A stretch of DNA of 63,175 nucleotides, filler included, from Folioceros fuciformis (GCA_049999805.1; 15 parts of 15 records of this genome joined end to end with filler, not necessarily neighbours in it), one strand, 5' to 3'; positions 37,788-50,423 are shown, counted from the first letter of the whole stretch. The notes: a model not told the origin generated them from the letters alone. Program-made: numbers and translations.

Positions 37788-38990
37788 ATGCCACGGCTAA
37801 GCTCATTTCCACGACTTATGATCGTGCCAGAACTTGATCACACCATGCGTGTTTGGACTTGGATGTGGGATTTTGTTGTGGAGTCTGGCATCAAGAGTGC
37901 CAGGTGTGGAACGCTTAAATTGCTGTTGCAGGGTGATCATCATGATGAGGATGAGACCTGTGTACTTAGGTTCAATGCGCCCTAGCAATGTGTGGTGTTT
38001 TCGATCGGAAGGTCTCCGACGTTGTGCAAGGACCTCCCTCACATCAGGAGTGCCAAGCGCTTGGCTACACCACACATTTTGAATGCTGGTTGGGACTGAA
38101 ATCATGGACGGGGAGGCCACGACTCCTGAGTCACCTTGCGAGGAGGTGCTCACTGGAGGGCGGGATGGGAGTGTTGTGGTGGAAGCGGCGGAAAAGTCCT
38201 CCCAGCTGAGCATTCAGGTGTGTTGCCTTAGGGCCTTTGATCTGTTATGGAGGCGTGGATCTTGAAGTCCTCGTCAAGATGCTTATCCACGTTCCGAATC
38301 CAGTCCATCTTTCGTCATGACCGAAGTATGCTTGTGCTTTGCAGGCAGACAAAAAACAAGGACCTAACTAAGATACCTCTAGTTGGCGGAAGGCAGATGC
38401 CGAAGAAGTTGTGGCGTGTTCGTCAGAGACATTGCGAGACGGTGGGGTGAGCACAACCAAAACGAGGCTCCGTATGGGCCTTTGCTGTCTTCCTTCTGTG
38501 CTTAGCGGAGGTTGGCTTCTGACCTTGATGCACCTGCGATTGTGAACAGTTGGAAGCTAAAATCATCTACAGTAGGAGCGGTAATCTGGAAGTGTTGCCA
38601 GCAGCAGCGGTGAAAGGAGAGGCTCTGGTTTACCTTGTGCGCAGGTACGAGGCGGAGGGAATTTCTCCACGGATTACATTCCCTTCGTGTGTGGTGATTC
38701 TCGAAGTGATTCGGAACTTTTCAGTGTGCCAGGCGTTCATGGGGTCATAGTAAGACTGATCAAAATATGCATGAGAAGCTTCAAACATTCTTTGTCCAAA
38801 TGGTGCGGCTCACGGTAGTCTCTTGGCAACACTCTAGGAGGAGTTGCTGCAATGGCATGACCTGAAGCCAAAAACAATTGCAAAACTTTTTGCAACGGAA
38901 ACTTGTGCAGCTGGGATTCTACAAAAGCATTGTGGCGCTTCATACTTGAACCCTCTCTTTCTCCCTGGGATGTTGATCCAATCCGGAGTC
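37788..38990 (+). pseudogene. SPP: Sucrose-phosphate phosphatase pseudogene retaining introns
   Basis: PRLMIVPELDHTM, DHHDEDETCVLRFNA*, FSIGRSPTL, VGTEI, AKIIYS..LEVLP..KGEAL, CGDS..D.ELFSVPGVHGV, ATETCAAGI; stops, frameshifts and catalytic DLDHT changed to ELDHT. Confidence 0.88.
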
Positions 38991-39870
38991 TTCTCACAAT
39001 TGAATCTGGAAGTCATACAGCCCCGGCACATGTTTCTCTCGAGGAACTTTTAGTTTATGAACACTACATTGACTGAGACGTTGAAGGCGGGGAGATGCAG
39101 TCTTTGATTCCTTCAACAGTCTCCTGGTAAATGACTGAGCTGTCTTGTCCAGAATGTGTTGGGGTGTTGCAAACTTCTACTGCACGTTTACTGACCACTG
39201 TTCCGCAGAGGTCAGCGATCCGATTCACTGCGATGTCGTGTACAGGCGTATTCAACATGCCTCCCTTCTCATTTGGCAGGCGGAGGAGGTGGACACACAC
39301 TCGGGAAGCAACATCCTGGACTTCCAGGAAACCAGCAACGTGCTCCATATCTACAGGCGAGAAGCCGCCGCTTGTGGAAGGGATTCCACTTTCCGACATG
39401 CCATCCATGGCGCTGGCAAGAGCCACAAGCTGCAGGCACACAATCATGAACGTGATGAGTAACACCACAACAGCTCCTAGGATTCGGATTTGTATCCACA
39501 GTTCAAACGGCCGGTTGGAAGGTAATCGATCTTCGATTGGCATGAAGGAGGACTCACCTGCCATACGTGTACTAATTCATTGGGGGCGTTCCACAGCTTT
39601 CAAAATATGGTTATCTCTCACCAACGTTGCATCCCAGATTGATTGTTTTTCTCCCGCAGTTACAAGGGAAAATGTGCATGGATATCTCAGTCCTACCACT
39701 TCTTACAAACGGGTTCAGTATTATTTAACTTCAATGACTAACACACATCAGAAACGTAGTTACATTACCTTACCTTCAATGAAAGAGAAAATAAAAACAT
39801 GTTGTGACTACAGAACAGTATGTGCAAACAATCTATTAGCTTATATCAAAAAGGAGTTAGGTTTTAAGGA

Positions 39871-40332
39871 TTATCTTGTGGGGTGAGAGCTTGATGTAGC
39901 CTCTTTAGTTGTTGTTGTTTTGTCTTGTGGAACTTTTGTAGCCTCATATGAAGCTTTTGTCGACTTACTTGCAATGTTTGTGCTGGGAGACTTTGTTAAC
40001 AAGGGTTTCTTGTTCACTAAGGTGCCGCCCATTTTAGCCGCTGCTTCCACATATTCAGAGAACAAGTCTCTTTTGTGGAAGAAAGTACGATCAGTTTTCT
40101 CAATTAAGTGTTCATTATATTTGAAGTCTGCAGCTGTCTGACTTTCGATTTTCCTAGTGGGAATAACGTATCCTGCATTCAACCTCTTCCACATTTTCAT
40201 TGAAAGATCATTCATTCTTTTTGTTTCCGCTGTTTGTGTATATCTCATTGGGTCTATAGGAATTGCGTTACAAAGAACACGGTTTGTCTTCTCATCTTCA
40301 TCCCCATTGGAGACAAATATATTCTTTGACAT
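39871..40332 (-). CDS. Hypothetical 153-aa basic protein, intronless
   Basis: ATG-to-stop ORF in an AT-rich segment where long chance ORFs are less likely; T/K/S-rich tail; no family recognised. Confidence 0.4.
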   Translation of the reverse strand: MSKNIFVSNGDEDEKTNRVLCNAIPIDPMRYTQTAETKRMNDLSMKMWKRLNAGYVIPTRKIESQTAADFKYNEHLIEKTDRTFFHKRDLFSEYVEAAAKMGGTLVNKKPLLTKSPSTNIASKSTKASYEATKVPQDKTTTTKEATSSSHPTR

Positions 40333-41029
40333 TTTAAAATTTTATATCACATATACTTTATGACAAGACTCAAAATTATGTAGTCATGATCTTTCTTTTG
40401 ATTTTGTTTCTTGGAGGGTAATTCATTTCTTCTTCCTAGTATTTCCAAAATATTTTTCTCTAGTAATAAATAATTTCTTTTAGCCTTATAGTGCCGTAAA
40501 GATAAAGATACAGCAAGCATGCATTGTTGATTTCTTGCACAACTTATGTAAAATCAAGGAACCTAGAGAACTTAGCAAATATTGCGGTACATTAGGTTTC
40601 TACATTAGGTTATAANNNNNNNNNNNNNNNNNNNNNNNNNNNNNNNNNNNNNNNNNNNNTTAATTAATTAANNNNNNNNNNNNNNNNNNNNNNNNNNNNN
40701 NNNNNNNNNNNNNNNGGGCACTCGCAGCTCCCCCTCCTGCTAGGATGTCCACGCAGGCTTACTAAAATTGGTTCTTTATTTGTCACGAAACACTTACAAT
40801 CAAAGAACGGGGGCCCCTGGCTCAAGTTCTTTGTTCTACTTAAATAGGATGGCAGACGGCTTCCTACCTACCACTAGCCGCGGCCAGCTTTAACTACGCA
40901 CACCTACCAAGAGGCTAAGACCTACCAATAGTTGCTAAGGCAGTGCGCGCCAATGAAGATTAGGGCTGTCGGTGCCGCCATAGAAGATTCGTTGACCTCC
41001 TTTTTCAGAAAGGTATGGCTAGGATGGCT

Positions 41030-42110
41030 CCTGAAGGGAGGCAGAGTCTGAGGGCTAAGCCACTGGGCCCCCCTCCATTATTAGGATTCGTCTTCTTTTG
41101 GATCCACGAGCTTCCACCGTACCTTCCTCTGTGTGGATCTCTTGGGCTATCCCTTCACCACCACCTACAAGTTTGGTAGGGGGAGGGTTCCCCTTATTCC
41201 TCAACTTGAGGCTCCTTCCCTACGTAGGGTGGGAATGTTCCTTTCGTAGGTAGGTTACCTGTTGCTTCCTCTGTAGGTAGGGTCCCTACCCCTCCTCTCG
41301 TAGGTAGGTTCCCTACGGGAGTAGGTACCCCTTGTTGCGTGCTCTCCAGGTCCATAATGTTGTCCTCTTGAAAGTCTGTTGGTAGGGGCAGTGTCTCCAG
41401 GGCCTCACGGTTGTCATCATGTGGCCCAAGATACCTTCGCCTTGCCAATGCTGCCACTTCCTTGTGATGAGCGAGTAGACATTGGTGTAGGTGGAGGTTG
41501 CGATTCTGTTGAGCTAGATCTATGGTATCCATATCAACAACCCAATCCCCACCCTTGCATCTACTCTTGTAGATATCCCGTTCAGCCTCCATTGCCCTTA
41601 CCTTCAACTGTAGGTCAAGGTTTTCTTGATAAGTTGCATGAAGCTTGGTCATGCACCCCATCAAGTAGGCATAGTCAGCACGAAACCTACGAGCTCGAAC
41701 CACCAGCATCCTGTGAATCTTGGTCTGGTGCTCAGCTTCTTGTTGTGCTTTCTCTTGCCGAAGATCTTCTAATTGGATGGCCAATTGTTCCCTCTCCACT
41801 CTCTCTCGTTGCCCTGCTTCAAAGCGTTGCTGGAGTTCTTGGTTCGCTTTAGCATTCTATGCCTTCGACTCATCTAGCTTGCCTTGTAAATCCTTTGCAA
41901 GGTAGACTTGTTCCCGTAGCTGTTCCTCCACCACCTTCCTAGTTTCCTCAGATTGGGTGAGGTCCCTTCGACATGCAATGATCTCATGGAATAAACCTTG
42001 TTAGGAAGTTTGCAACGTGGTCACCTGCTGGGTCAATTTCTCTAGTCCTTACCTTTGCTCACCATCCTTGAGGAGATACTGTTCTCGCTCCTTTTCCAAT
42101 TCCTGCACTT
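41030..42110 (-). repeat. Second copy of the element at 1-1110 (3' part of the accessory ORF)
   Basis: Collinear high similarity to 1-1110 with small indels. Confidence 0.95.
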
Positions 42111-43875
42111 TAATCCAATTCCTGCACAAACCCTTTAATCATTATCAGCATTATTTATCATTAGTGTGGTGGCCAGGGTTAAGGGGAGTGTCCTCAACTC
42201 TTGGTTGTAAGGCATGTCATGTCTTGTTGTCCTAATCCGTGCTTGGCTTTAGGACAAATGGTGGTGCCAACTGTGTGTTTACATAGCGCCTGGTAGGATT
42301 AGGAGGTGCAGTGGCTAGGGTTGAGGGGCTTGTCCTTAGCTCTTAATTGTAAGGGTGCATCTTTCTCGTGACATGTCCGCTATTGTCCTTGGTTAGAAAA
42401 GGGTTTGGTGCTGGCCGTGTCATGTAGTGTTTGGTAAGGTCGAGGGGTGGAGGTATCCAAGGGGGAGTGTGCTGACGTTGTTGCGGTAGCTGGAGGTGTT
42501 GGAGGCAAGTGTGCGGCACCACTCACTGGTGGGTGGGCAACCTATGCAGAGGCCTCTAAACATTGTTCAGTCGCAAGAGACACAGTTGAAAGGGGAGGCG
42601 GGCCGCAATGTGGAGTCGGCTCCGACCAAGAGGGGCACCCTAAAGCGGCTCTAGGAGCCATCATCTTTGGAGGTGGCCTCGTCGGGCGAGGATGAGGGGA
42701 AGGTAGCAGCGGGACGCCTGTGGGCTGTTGTGGTCAGGGGTATTGCTAGACGGCGGTCGGTTAGAGGGGCAGCCGACCATGAGGCTGTTGTGAGAGAAGT
42801 GATGTGAGGGCTGCAGGCCATGGAGGGTGCTGTGGAGAGCTTGGAAGGAGGGCTGCTGGTCGGACTGGATTCCCTAAAGGCTAGCATGTAGTCTAGGCTG
42901 GGCAACTTGAAGGAGAGGTTGCGACAACTCACAATGAAGGTGGAGGATGTGAAGCAGGTTGTGGAGTTGCTAGAGTACGCTAGGCATAGGCTATGCGAGG
43001 GAGGGCTAGGTGTAGGCTAGGTAGGCTATGCTAGGGAGAGGGAGTGAGATTGGGTAGCAGATGCTGAGGGAGGAAGACACGTTTGTGCTTGGCTTTTTTT
43101 TGGGTGAAACCTTGCATCTCGGAGTTTGTGGTGTTATGGTATTTGCTGTGCCTTTGTGTAGGATGGATTGTTTGAAGACTTGCATAACGATGGTTGGAGG
43201 ATAGGTTTTTGTTAGGGTTGTATTTATGGTGGATGCAGGTTCAAGTGCAGCTGGCCGAAAGCTACGAATTGGAAGCCAAACGTAGTGTTGGTGGGTGTGG
43301 GCGCAGGTGGGATGTTTTCCAGAGCAAATGCGTGGCACCGAGGCCTTGGTGAAAGGCCACGGGCCATGAGGGACCTAATTACTAGACGCGATGGCCAAGG
43401 CCAATTTTTATAAGTAGGATGCTTGATGCGTAGGGGCTGAGGCCCATTCTAGTAGGTGGACCCTAAGGAGTAGCTGGGGAGAGGCTAAGGCTGCAGGAAT
43501 AGGTAGTGGAGGGCCGAACCCACAAATTGTAGGCTAGTAGTGCACTCGATGGGTGTAGGTGAGATGTTTTCTAGAGCAAATGCATGGAGGCGAGGCCTCG
43601 GTGAAGTGCAAGGGGTTGTGAGGGACCTGATTAGTGGACGTGGAGCCATGACCATAGGAAAGGTGATGCTTCAACCTTGTTTGATTTTTGTAGTTATTGT
43701 GATTCATGTAGTGACCCTTTGTTGTAGCTAGCAGAATTAAGGCTTGAAAGGTGAGGCCCATTCCCGGATATAGTGTACTAGATGCACGTGGGCTAAGGCC
43801 AATTACTGAAGGTATTGTGCATGATGCACACAGGTTGAGACCCATTCCAGTAGTTATCTTGCTTGATGCGCACGG

Positions 43876-43970
43876 GCTAAGGGCCATTTTGGTGTGCTGG
43901 AAGAATGCTAAGGGCCATTTTGGTGTGCTAGAAGAATGCTAAGGGCCATTTTGGTGTGCTGGAAGAATGC
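43876..43970 (+). repeat. 31-bp tandem repeat, 3 copies
   Basis: GCTAAGGGCCATTTTGGTGTGCTGGAAGAAT. Confidence 0.95.
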
Positions 43971-44084
43971 AGCACCTAGCCGTGNNNNNNNNNNNNNNNN
44001 NNNNNNNNNNNNNNNNNNNNNNNNNNNNTTAATTAATTAANNNNNNNNNNNNNNNNNNNNNNNNNNNNNNNNNNNNNNNNNNNN

Positions 44085-44927
44085 CTGGATTACCCGTGGG
44101 AGGTCCATCTGCCCAACATTCTGGCCGACCATTGGCAGAAACACGACCAGGAAATGCAAGCGCACAATCCAGCCCATGTCGCCAGGAAGGCCTACGACCT
44201 TATCGAGATCTCGGAGCAGGAGATGAGGGACATTTTCGACCCCGTGGTGAACCAGATCATCGGGCTCATCGAAGGCCAGATGTCTCCTCAAGTGGAAGTC
44301 ATCCTCATGGTTGGTGGCTTCTCCGGATCTCCCTACCTGCTCAACAGGGTGAAAGAGGCGTTTGGGAAGCGTGTGAGGGGCCGCATCATCTGCCCGTCTG
44401 ACCCGGGGAGTGCCATCTGCCAGGGCGCAGTCTTTCTGGGGACGTCGCAGGATGTGATCGTGTCTAGGGTTGCGCGCAAGACCTACGGTATCAGCGAGTG
44501 CAGGGACTTCCAGCGCGGCGATCCACGTCACTTGCTTGACGTCGTGAATGGCAAGCGGAAATGCAAGGATGCTTTTTGTGTGTTCGTCCGAATTGGTCAG
44601 GAAATCGGAATCGATGAATGCGTCCAGAAAGAGCGATACCCGGTGTATGCTGGACAGAAGGCCGTTCGGCTCCTCCTCTACAGCTCCACCCAAACCAATC
44701 CCAGGTACATATGTGATGCCGACGTGAAGCTGGAAGGGACTTTGACCATGGACATCTCTGAGGACATCGCCCATCTCGACATCAAAAGGTGCATTCTTGT
44801 GTCGTTTTACTTCGGAAGGTCTTACCTCCAGGTGAAAGCGCAGCGGAAGAACTTCGGAAACACACAAGAGGTGTTGGAGATGTCCGAGTACATCGAGTTC
44901 AGTGGCCAAGAAGCCACCTCCTCTTAG
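44085..44927 (+). CDS. 3' part of an HSPA12-like Hsp70 / actin-fold ATPase; 5' end lost in the gap
   Basis: IFDPVVNQII.LI, ILMVGGFSGSPYL, AICQGAV, SRVARKTYGI; open to the stop at 44927; lacks the canonical substrate-binding domain and EEVD. Confidence 0.88.
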   Translation: MDYPWEVHLPNILADHWQKHDQEMQAHNPAHVARKAYDLIEISEQEMRDIFDPVVNQIIGLIEGQMSPQVEVILMVGGFSGSPYLLNRVKEAFGKRVRGRIICPSDPGSAICQGAVFLGTSQDVIVSRVARKTYGISECRDFQRGDPRHLLDVVNGKRKCKDAFCVFVRIGQEIGIDECVQKERYPVYAGQKAVRLLLYSSTQTNPRYICDADVKLEGTLTMDISEDIAHLDIKRCILVSFYFGRSYLQVKAQRKNFGNTQEVLEMSEYIEFSGQEATSS

Positions 44928-46257
44928 TTAGATACTTTACCAGGTACAGTACAGCAAATCATGGCCTCCTTCTCACGCCCTCTCATCAGGTGCAGCTCGT
45001 GCCTGCTGCAAGCAAACTTGCAGGGGCACCGACATGACACATCAACCCATTCCATTTGTTGTGACAAGTTTGTGGGATCTGACACACATCCCAGCCGCTG
45101 CCTACTGTAGTTGGGTTCCAGCTTTGTTTGGCCCTAAACGCTGTCCTCTTCAGGGGAACGTGAACGGACACTGTGCTTCGCTGTCCCCACAGACCTAATT
45201 GAAATCCCACAGCCATGGATATGGTGGTGGCAAGGTACAGCCATCCATTTGGTGGCAAGGTGTACACTTGCATACGTGTAGCTACATGATTCCCCTGAGT
45301 GTATCTTAACGCTGTGACCCGAATCGCAACCCCACCAGCGCAGGGCTGCAGAAATGTTGGAGGAATCTCACGAGTGGTTTCCCCTCCAGAGTGATGGAAC
45401 TGCCCTGGGTCTAGGTACAGAGCCTTCATATGGTATACCATACATGTCCTGTGCTACTATGTGTCTACCCACGCACAAACATATGTTAACGCCCTGAACC
45501 CAGAGCGCACTCCTCCACACCTGTGAGAGAGACGAAGTCTTGGCACATCCCTCGGACTCCTTCCTCTTCCAGGCGATGTCGATGGACCAGCAGTAGAAGC
45601 AGTTTCCTGGAAGCAGGGTCGTTTTACGATGCCTGTGGGTAAATCACGAATGTAGTTGGCTTCCCTTTGCTCGTGGTTTTTTAAAACGGCGACCCGCTCC
45701 TCGCATTTCACGACGCTGTCAGCGGCAGTCCTCAGCTGGTTGAAGCTTTACGCTTTTACGGAGCGGTGGGGTCTGGCCTCAGGCCTTCCTCGCGGTTCCA
45801 CGCGGTTCCTTATCGACGCTCTCCTCTCGAGTCTACGCGCTTCGTGAGGTCCTGTCTCCCGGCCGTGTATCCAGAGTGGGTGCAGATGCGATTTCCTCGC
45901 CTCAGCGGAGCCGAGCGCTGCACTTCTTGGGAGACAGATCCCGGGGTGCTGAGTTGGGCACTCTGTGCGCCTGTGCAGCTGACGGTGTGGGATTTTTATG
46001 TTTTGGGTGGATCCTAGTTGTGACAATCTTGGAGTGCTTGGAGGCACAAGTTTGCTTTTGCGGTGTAAACTAGGTCAGGATGGCGGAAAAATATGGCTGA
46101 ATGGGAGGTTTGTGACTTGGGGTGGTGCAGTGCTGCTGCTGCTGGCTGCAGATTTTGTGTGAGGGTCTGGTTGAGGGAATTATGTGCTTGGGATGTGCTT
46201 TAGCCGTTGAAGCCGTTCGCCAGGGCCCGGCACATTTCTCCATGCTCGTTGTGAGCG

Positions 46258-48717
46258 ATGGATTGTAGGTCGATCGGCCTCTTACGAGGCCTGCTTGTGT
46301 TGTTTTTGGCTTTAGTGGTTGCAGATTTAGGCCCACTCGTGGAGGGGAAAGGTGTCGGTGGGTGTGAGCGTCTGTCCTTGTGTGAAGTATCTGAGGGAAA
46401 TGTGGGAGGCATAGTAAAGGAGTGCTGTCGTGTGTTGGTGGCTGCGAATGACAGAGGCTGCTTTTGTGCTGCTCCTCCTCAACACTGGCTTCTGTCAGCA
46501 CTGGAAGTTTGCAATGTGACACTTAGCACCTTCGGCAGCCTGGAGTGTGCATCTATCGAGGGTACGACTTCTGGTGCAATGGTATTATTTACAAGCTTTG
46601 TCTGGACAATGTGTGATTCCGATGGGTGTTGTGTCTTGAAGTCTTTCTTCCTCTGGCCCCACGTGCAGCTTCCAGTCGATCAGCAATGCGGAAGCTCGGC
46701 CGGCATTATGCCAGGAGTGCAATTCATCCGGAATCTGAATTTTCAGGGCTGCCAGACCATGTAACAGAGCATGAAGTTGGAAAAGAGCATGTTGAGGGAT
46801 CAGGACTTGAAGATGGTGAACTATCTGATGGTTCAGGGGAGATTATGTTCGGAATTGGCGGTTGCGTTATGTTCTCATGTGCACTTGTATGCCCATGTTT
46901 TTTTAAGAAGCGCAATGAAAGCATCAAGGATAGTGATTCTGTGAATATACTGTCCTCAAAGGGTAAGGACCAGGCGACGTCAGGCCAAAGGAACAATTTC
47001 TTTCCTGTGGTTTATGTTCCCGAGCCATGTGCCGGCAATGGAGTTTTTGTCTTGTTTGGCTTCCCCGTAAATCACCTGACGGATGCTGCTTCATGGTTTG
47101 CACCAGGTGGCTCAAATCCCCCGAGTACGAACTTTACCATGTCTCCTGCCCGTTTTGTCACCTCTCCAACTCAACCGGATGTTGTTGCGGGAAGACCCTT
47201 CACAATGGCCGACATTATGAAAGCCACTGACAATTTCTCTCCATCTCGGAAGATAGGACAAGGTGGATTTGGACTGGTCTACCAAGGAAGGCTGCCTGAT
47301 GATCAGATAGTGGCAATCAAGCGGGCCAAAAGAGTATGATAGTTGCATTTGTGTGACATCTACATCAAGACTGTCTTTTGCTGGGCATAACGTTACCGGG
47401 TGTTGTCCAAGCAGGATGCATTTGAACCACGGTTATCGGTGGAGTTCCAGACGGAGGTTGATGCCCTTTCGCATGTCGAGCATTTAAATCTTGTGAAGTT
47501 GATCGGATATCTTGAGGAAAATCAGGAGCGTATTCTTGTTGTGGAATATGTTAGTAATGGCAATCTGCGGGAGCATCTTGACGGTGAGCACGATTGCAAC
47601 CTGCCTCGTGTTTTAGTTCCAAGTTTCTTGCGCTCTTGTCCGGCTTGGTGCATTCCATTCACTGCTCGGGGAAGGGGGAGGGAGGAGGGAGTCACTGCTT
47701 TCTTCGTCTGTTCCTGTTGGTACGTTCCATCTTCTTACTTGCTACCTGTTTCTGTAGCAAGTGCTGGAGGAATATTGGACATTGGCAAGCGGCTGGACAT
47801 CGCTATTGATGTGGCACATGCTTTAACTTATCTTCACACCTACTCTGGTACGACTAGGTTGTCAACAAACAATCTATTTCTATTCACTTCCGACTACATT
47901 TGTCAAAGTCATCTTACGTGACAGCATTTCCTGTGCAGACCGACCCATTATTCACCGAGATGTGAAGGCTTCAAATATTCTTCTTACAGACACATACAGG
48001 GCTAAAGTAGCAGATTTTGGGTTTTCGAGGGCTGGGCCTGAGGATGGTGGGGCAACTCATGTTTCCACGCAGGTTAAGGGCACAGCTGGTTACTTGGACC
48101 CTGAGTACTTGAACTCGTACCAGCTTACTCAAAAGAGTGATGTATACTCGTATGGAATCTTGCTTATTGAGATCTTTACCGGGAGGCGACCTATCGAGCT
48201 AAAGAGACCTAGTGATGAGCGAGTGACCGTGAGATGGGTGAGTAAGCGTCGCATGCTTGGAAATATTTTCCATGTTCAGATTGATCCTGCCTGTTTTAGT
48301 CAGTCTGAACGACTTGAGGGGAGCGCTGTTTGCTTGGTGACTTGGAGGTTGGAAACAGTCCTGAGTGCTTGCGTTGATATTCAGGCATGGAAGAAAGTGA
48401 GCGATGGAATGGTGGCGGACATTCTTGACCCGAAGCTTGAGCGAACCCAACCAGCAATCATGATGGTCGAGAAGGTTGCGGAGCTTGCATTTGCATGCTC
48501 AGCTCCATCAAGGAACGATAGGCCCTTGATGGGTGACGCCGTAAAAGAGTTGTGGACTATACGATCTCAGTATCAGGCTGCGATGAAGGAAATGGGGTTT
48601 GCCAAAAGTGCATCGAACGTCTCCACAGCCTCCACCCTCTCATTGAGCAGTAAGAAGGCAGGTTCGGATTATCAGTATGACCTCCCTAGACGAGGGAGCT
48701 GGCAAGCCGGAAGATAG
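46258..48717 (+). CDS. Receptor-like kinase of CRCK/RLCK-IV type with signal peptide, 8-Cys domain and TM helix. Exons 46258-46561, 46669-46962, 47107-47333, 47415-47583, 47758-47847, 47939-48237, 48385-48717.
   Basis: GT-AG introns with consistent phases; GQGGFG, VAIKRAK, HRDVKASN, DFGFSR, THVSTQVKGTAGYLDPEY, KSDVYSYG; CALVCPCF juxtamembrane motif. Confidence 0.92.
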
Positions 48718-49396
48718 TAACCCCTTGAGGAAAGAGTTAATTCTTGTAACGATAGGATCTGTAGGTGTCTTTTGAATGCTGCTTGATCTGCCCTTCCATT
48801 CCAGACAATGTGCTTGCCAGACGTATGGTGTTCAGTGCTTGCGAACCCCCCAAATTCTTTGTCGTATCCATGGCCACAGAATCCTGGAGACTTCCTGAAT
48901 AATCAGGTGATGAAGGCTGATGTACTGTGTATTCTAATTCTCCGTGTCGAGTTTATGAGTTGGGTCAAGTCACATTTTTCTTGTCCTATTTGCCTGGTCA
49001 CTATGGCAGATCTTCAAAGGCACATCACTTCGGGACTCCTCCATCTGGCGGCCTCACTTCAAATGTCAGCGCTTCATATCCTTGTATCTTTCCTTTATTC
49101 TTTTGCGCTCTCTTGATTCAGTATGAACCATGATATTGAAATGGAGAAGAGACAATAGAGTAACCATAACGCATTCTACACCGGCCACTAGACTAGTGCA
49201 ACTTTTCTGGCTAGTGCCCATCTCCAATGCTACAGGATGTGTTGAATCACTATAATATATATGTTTTTATTTGTATTAGATATGATCATTTTCTCAAGCG
49301 TACTGAATATGAATATAAGTATGAAAGACGTACTAAAGTGAGCAGCGTTGCAAGGTAGGCATATATGGGAGGCATAGATCTAGCACTATAATCCTG

Positions 49397-49529
49397 ACAA
49401 TAAAAGGGGCTCAGGAAAGTCTACAATAAAAGGGGCTCAGGAAGGTCTACAATAAAAGGGGCTCAGGAAGGTCTACAATAAAAGGGGCTCAGGAAGGTCT
49501 ACAATAAAAAGGGCTTAGGAAGGTCTACA
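49397..49529 (+). repeat. 26-bp tandem repeat, 5 copies
   Basis: ACAATAAAAGGGGCTCAGGAAGGTCT. Confidence 0.95.
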
Positions 49530-49764
49530 GAGGGTTCATTGCATTGCATTGAGAACAATTTGCGGACTCTAAGACTTGGAGAATTCAACAAAGCCTATGA
49601 TTTAGCCTTTGGAGTTTGGGATTGGAGCCCAAACCTTAGGTGCCTATAGGCTTTGGGGGCCTAAGTGGGAGCTTGTTGGAGGAGATCACTTGGGCCACAC
49701 TCATGAAGGTAGACAAGGGTCCCTATAAGATAAGTAAGTCTAGATTGTGTGATTTCCGAAAGAT

Positions 49765-50060
49765 GTGTAACGTCTAAGAGAACATAGGTTGTGGGAGCTT
49801 AGAGTGTGTATGCTTCTGTGTAATGTCTAAGAGAACATAGGTTGTGGGAGCTTAGAGTGTGTATGCTTCGAGACAACATAGGCTATGAGACCCAAATTGT
49901 GTGTGCTCTAAGAGAACACAAGTCGAGGGAGCCTGAAGAGAACCTTCGAGAGTGTGTGCTCTAAGAGAGCATAAGCCATGGGAGCCCAAAGAGAAGCTTC
50001 AGGAGTGCGTGGTCTAAGAGAGCATAAATCGTGGGAGCCCGAAGAGAACCTTCGAGCGCT
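49765..50060 (+). repeat. Degenerate ~40-55-bp tandem repeat, about 6 copies
   Basis: Recurring TCTAAGAGA(A/G)CATA...GTGGGAGC. Confidence 0.75.
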
Positions 50061-50423
50061 TCCAAGAAAAGGTCTCCATAGGAAGAGCTAAGCAAGATAG
50101 CTTACACAAAGATGGGGGATTCTCTCTAACCTCTTCTCTATCATTCTTTACCCGTTATGGATAAAGAGCAATATGAAGGGTGTTGATTGCAAGTTGTTAG
50201 AAGAGGGACTAACTATTTGGAGGCCTAATGTGGTGTTAGGTCTTGCTTTTGCTTCCTAATACTTGTATGTTCTATTCCACTTGTTCAACGTATTACTAAT
50301 ATATTGATTCCTAAGTTGAGAAAAAAAAAGTGATTTATTTATTTGAGAAAACAAGACGGAAAAACTCATCTACGCCTAAAGAGGGAGATAAACCATGATG
50401 GGAACACTAGGGGCCAACCTCTT

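Noticed and set aside
44037-44909. 290-aa minus-strand ORF
   Set aside because: Antisense shadow of the GC-rich Hsp70-like CDS
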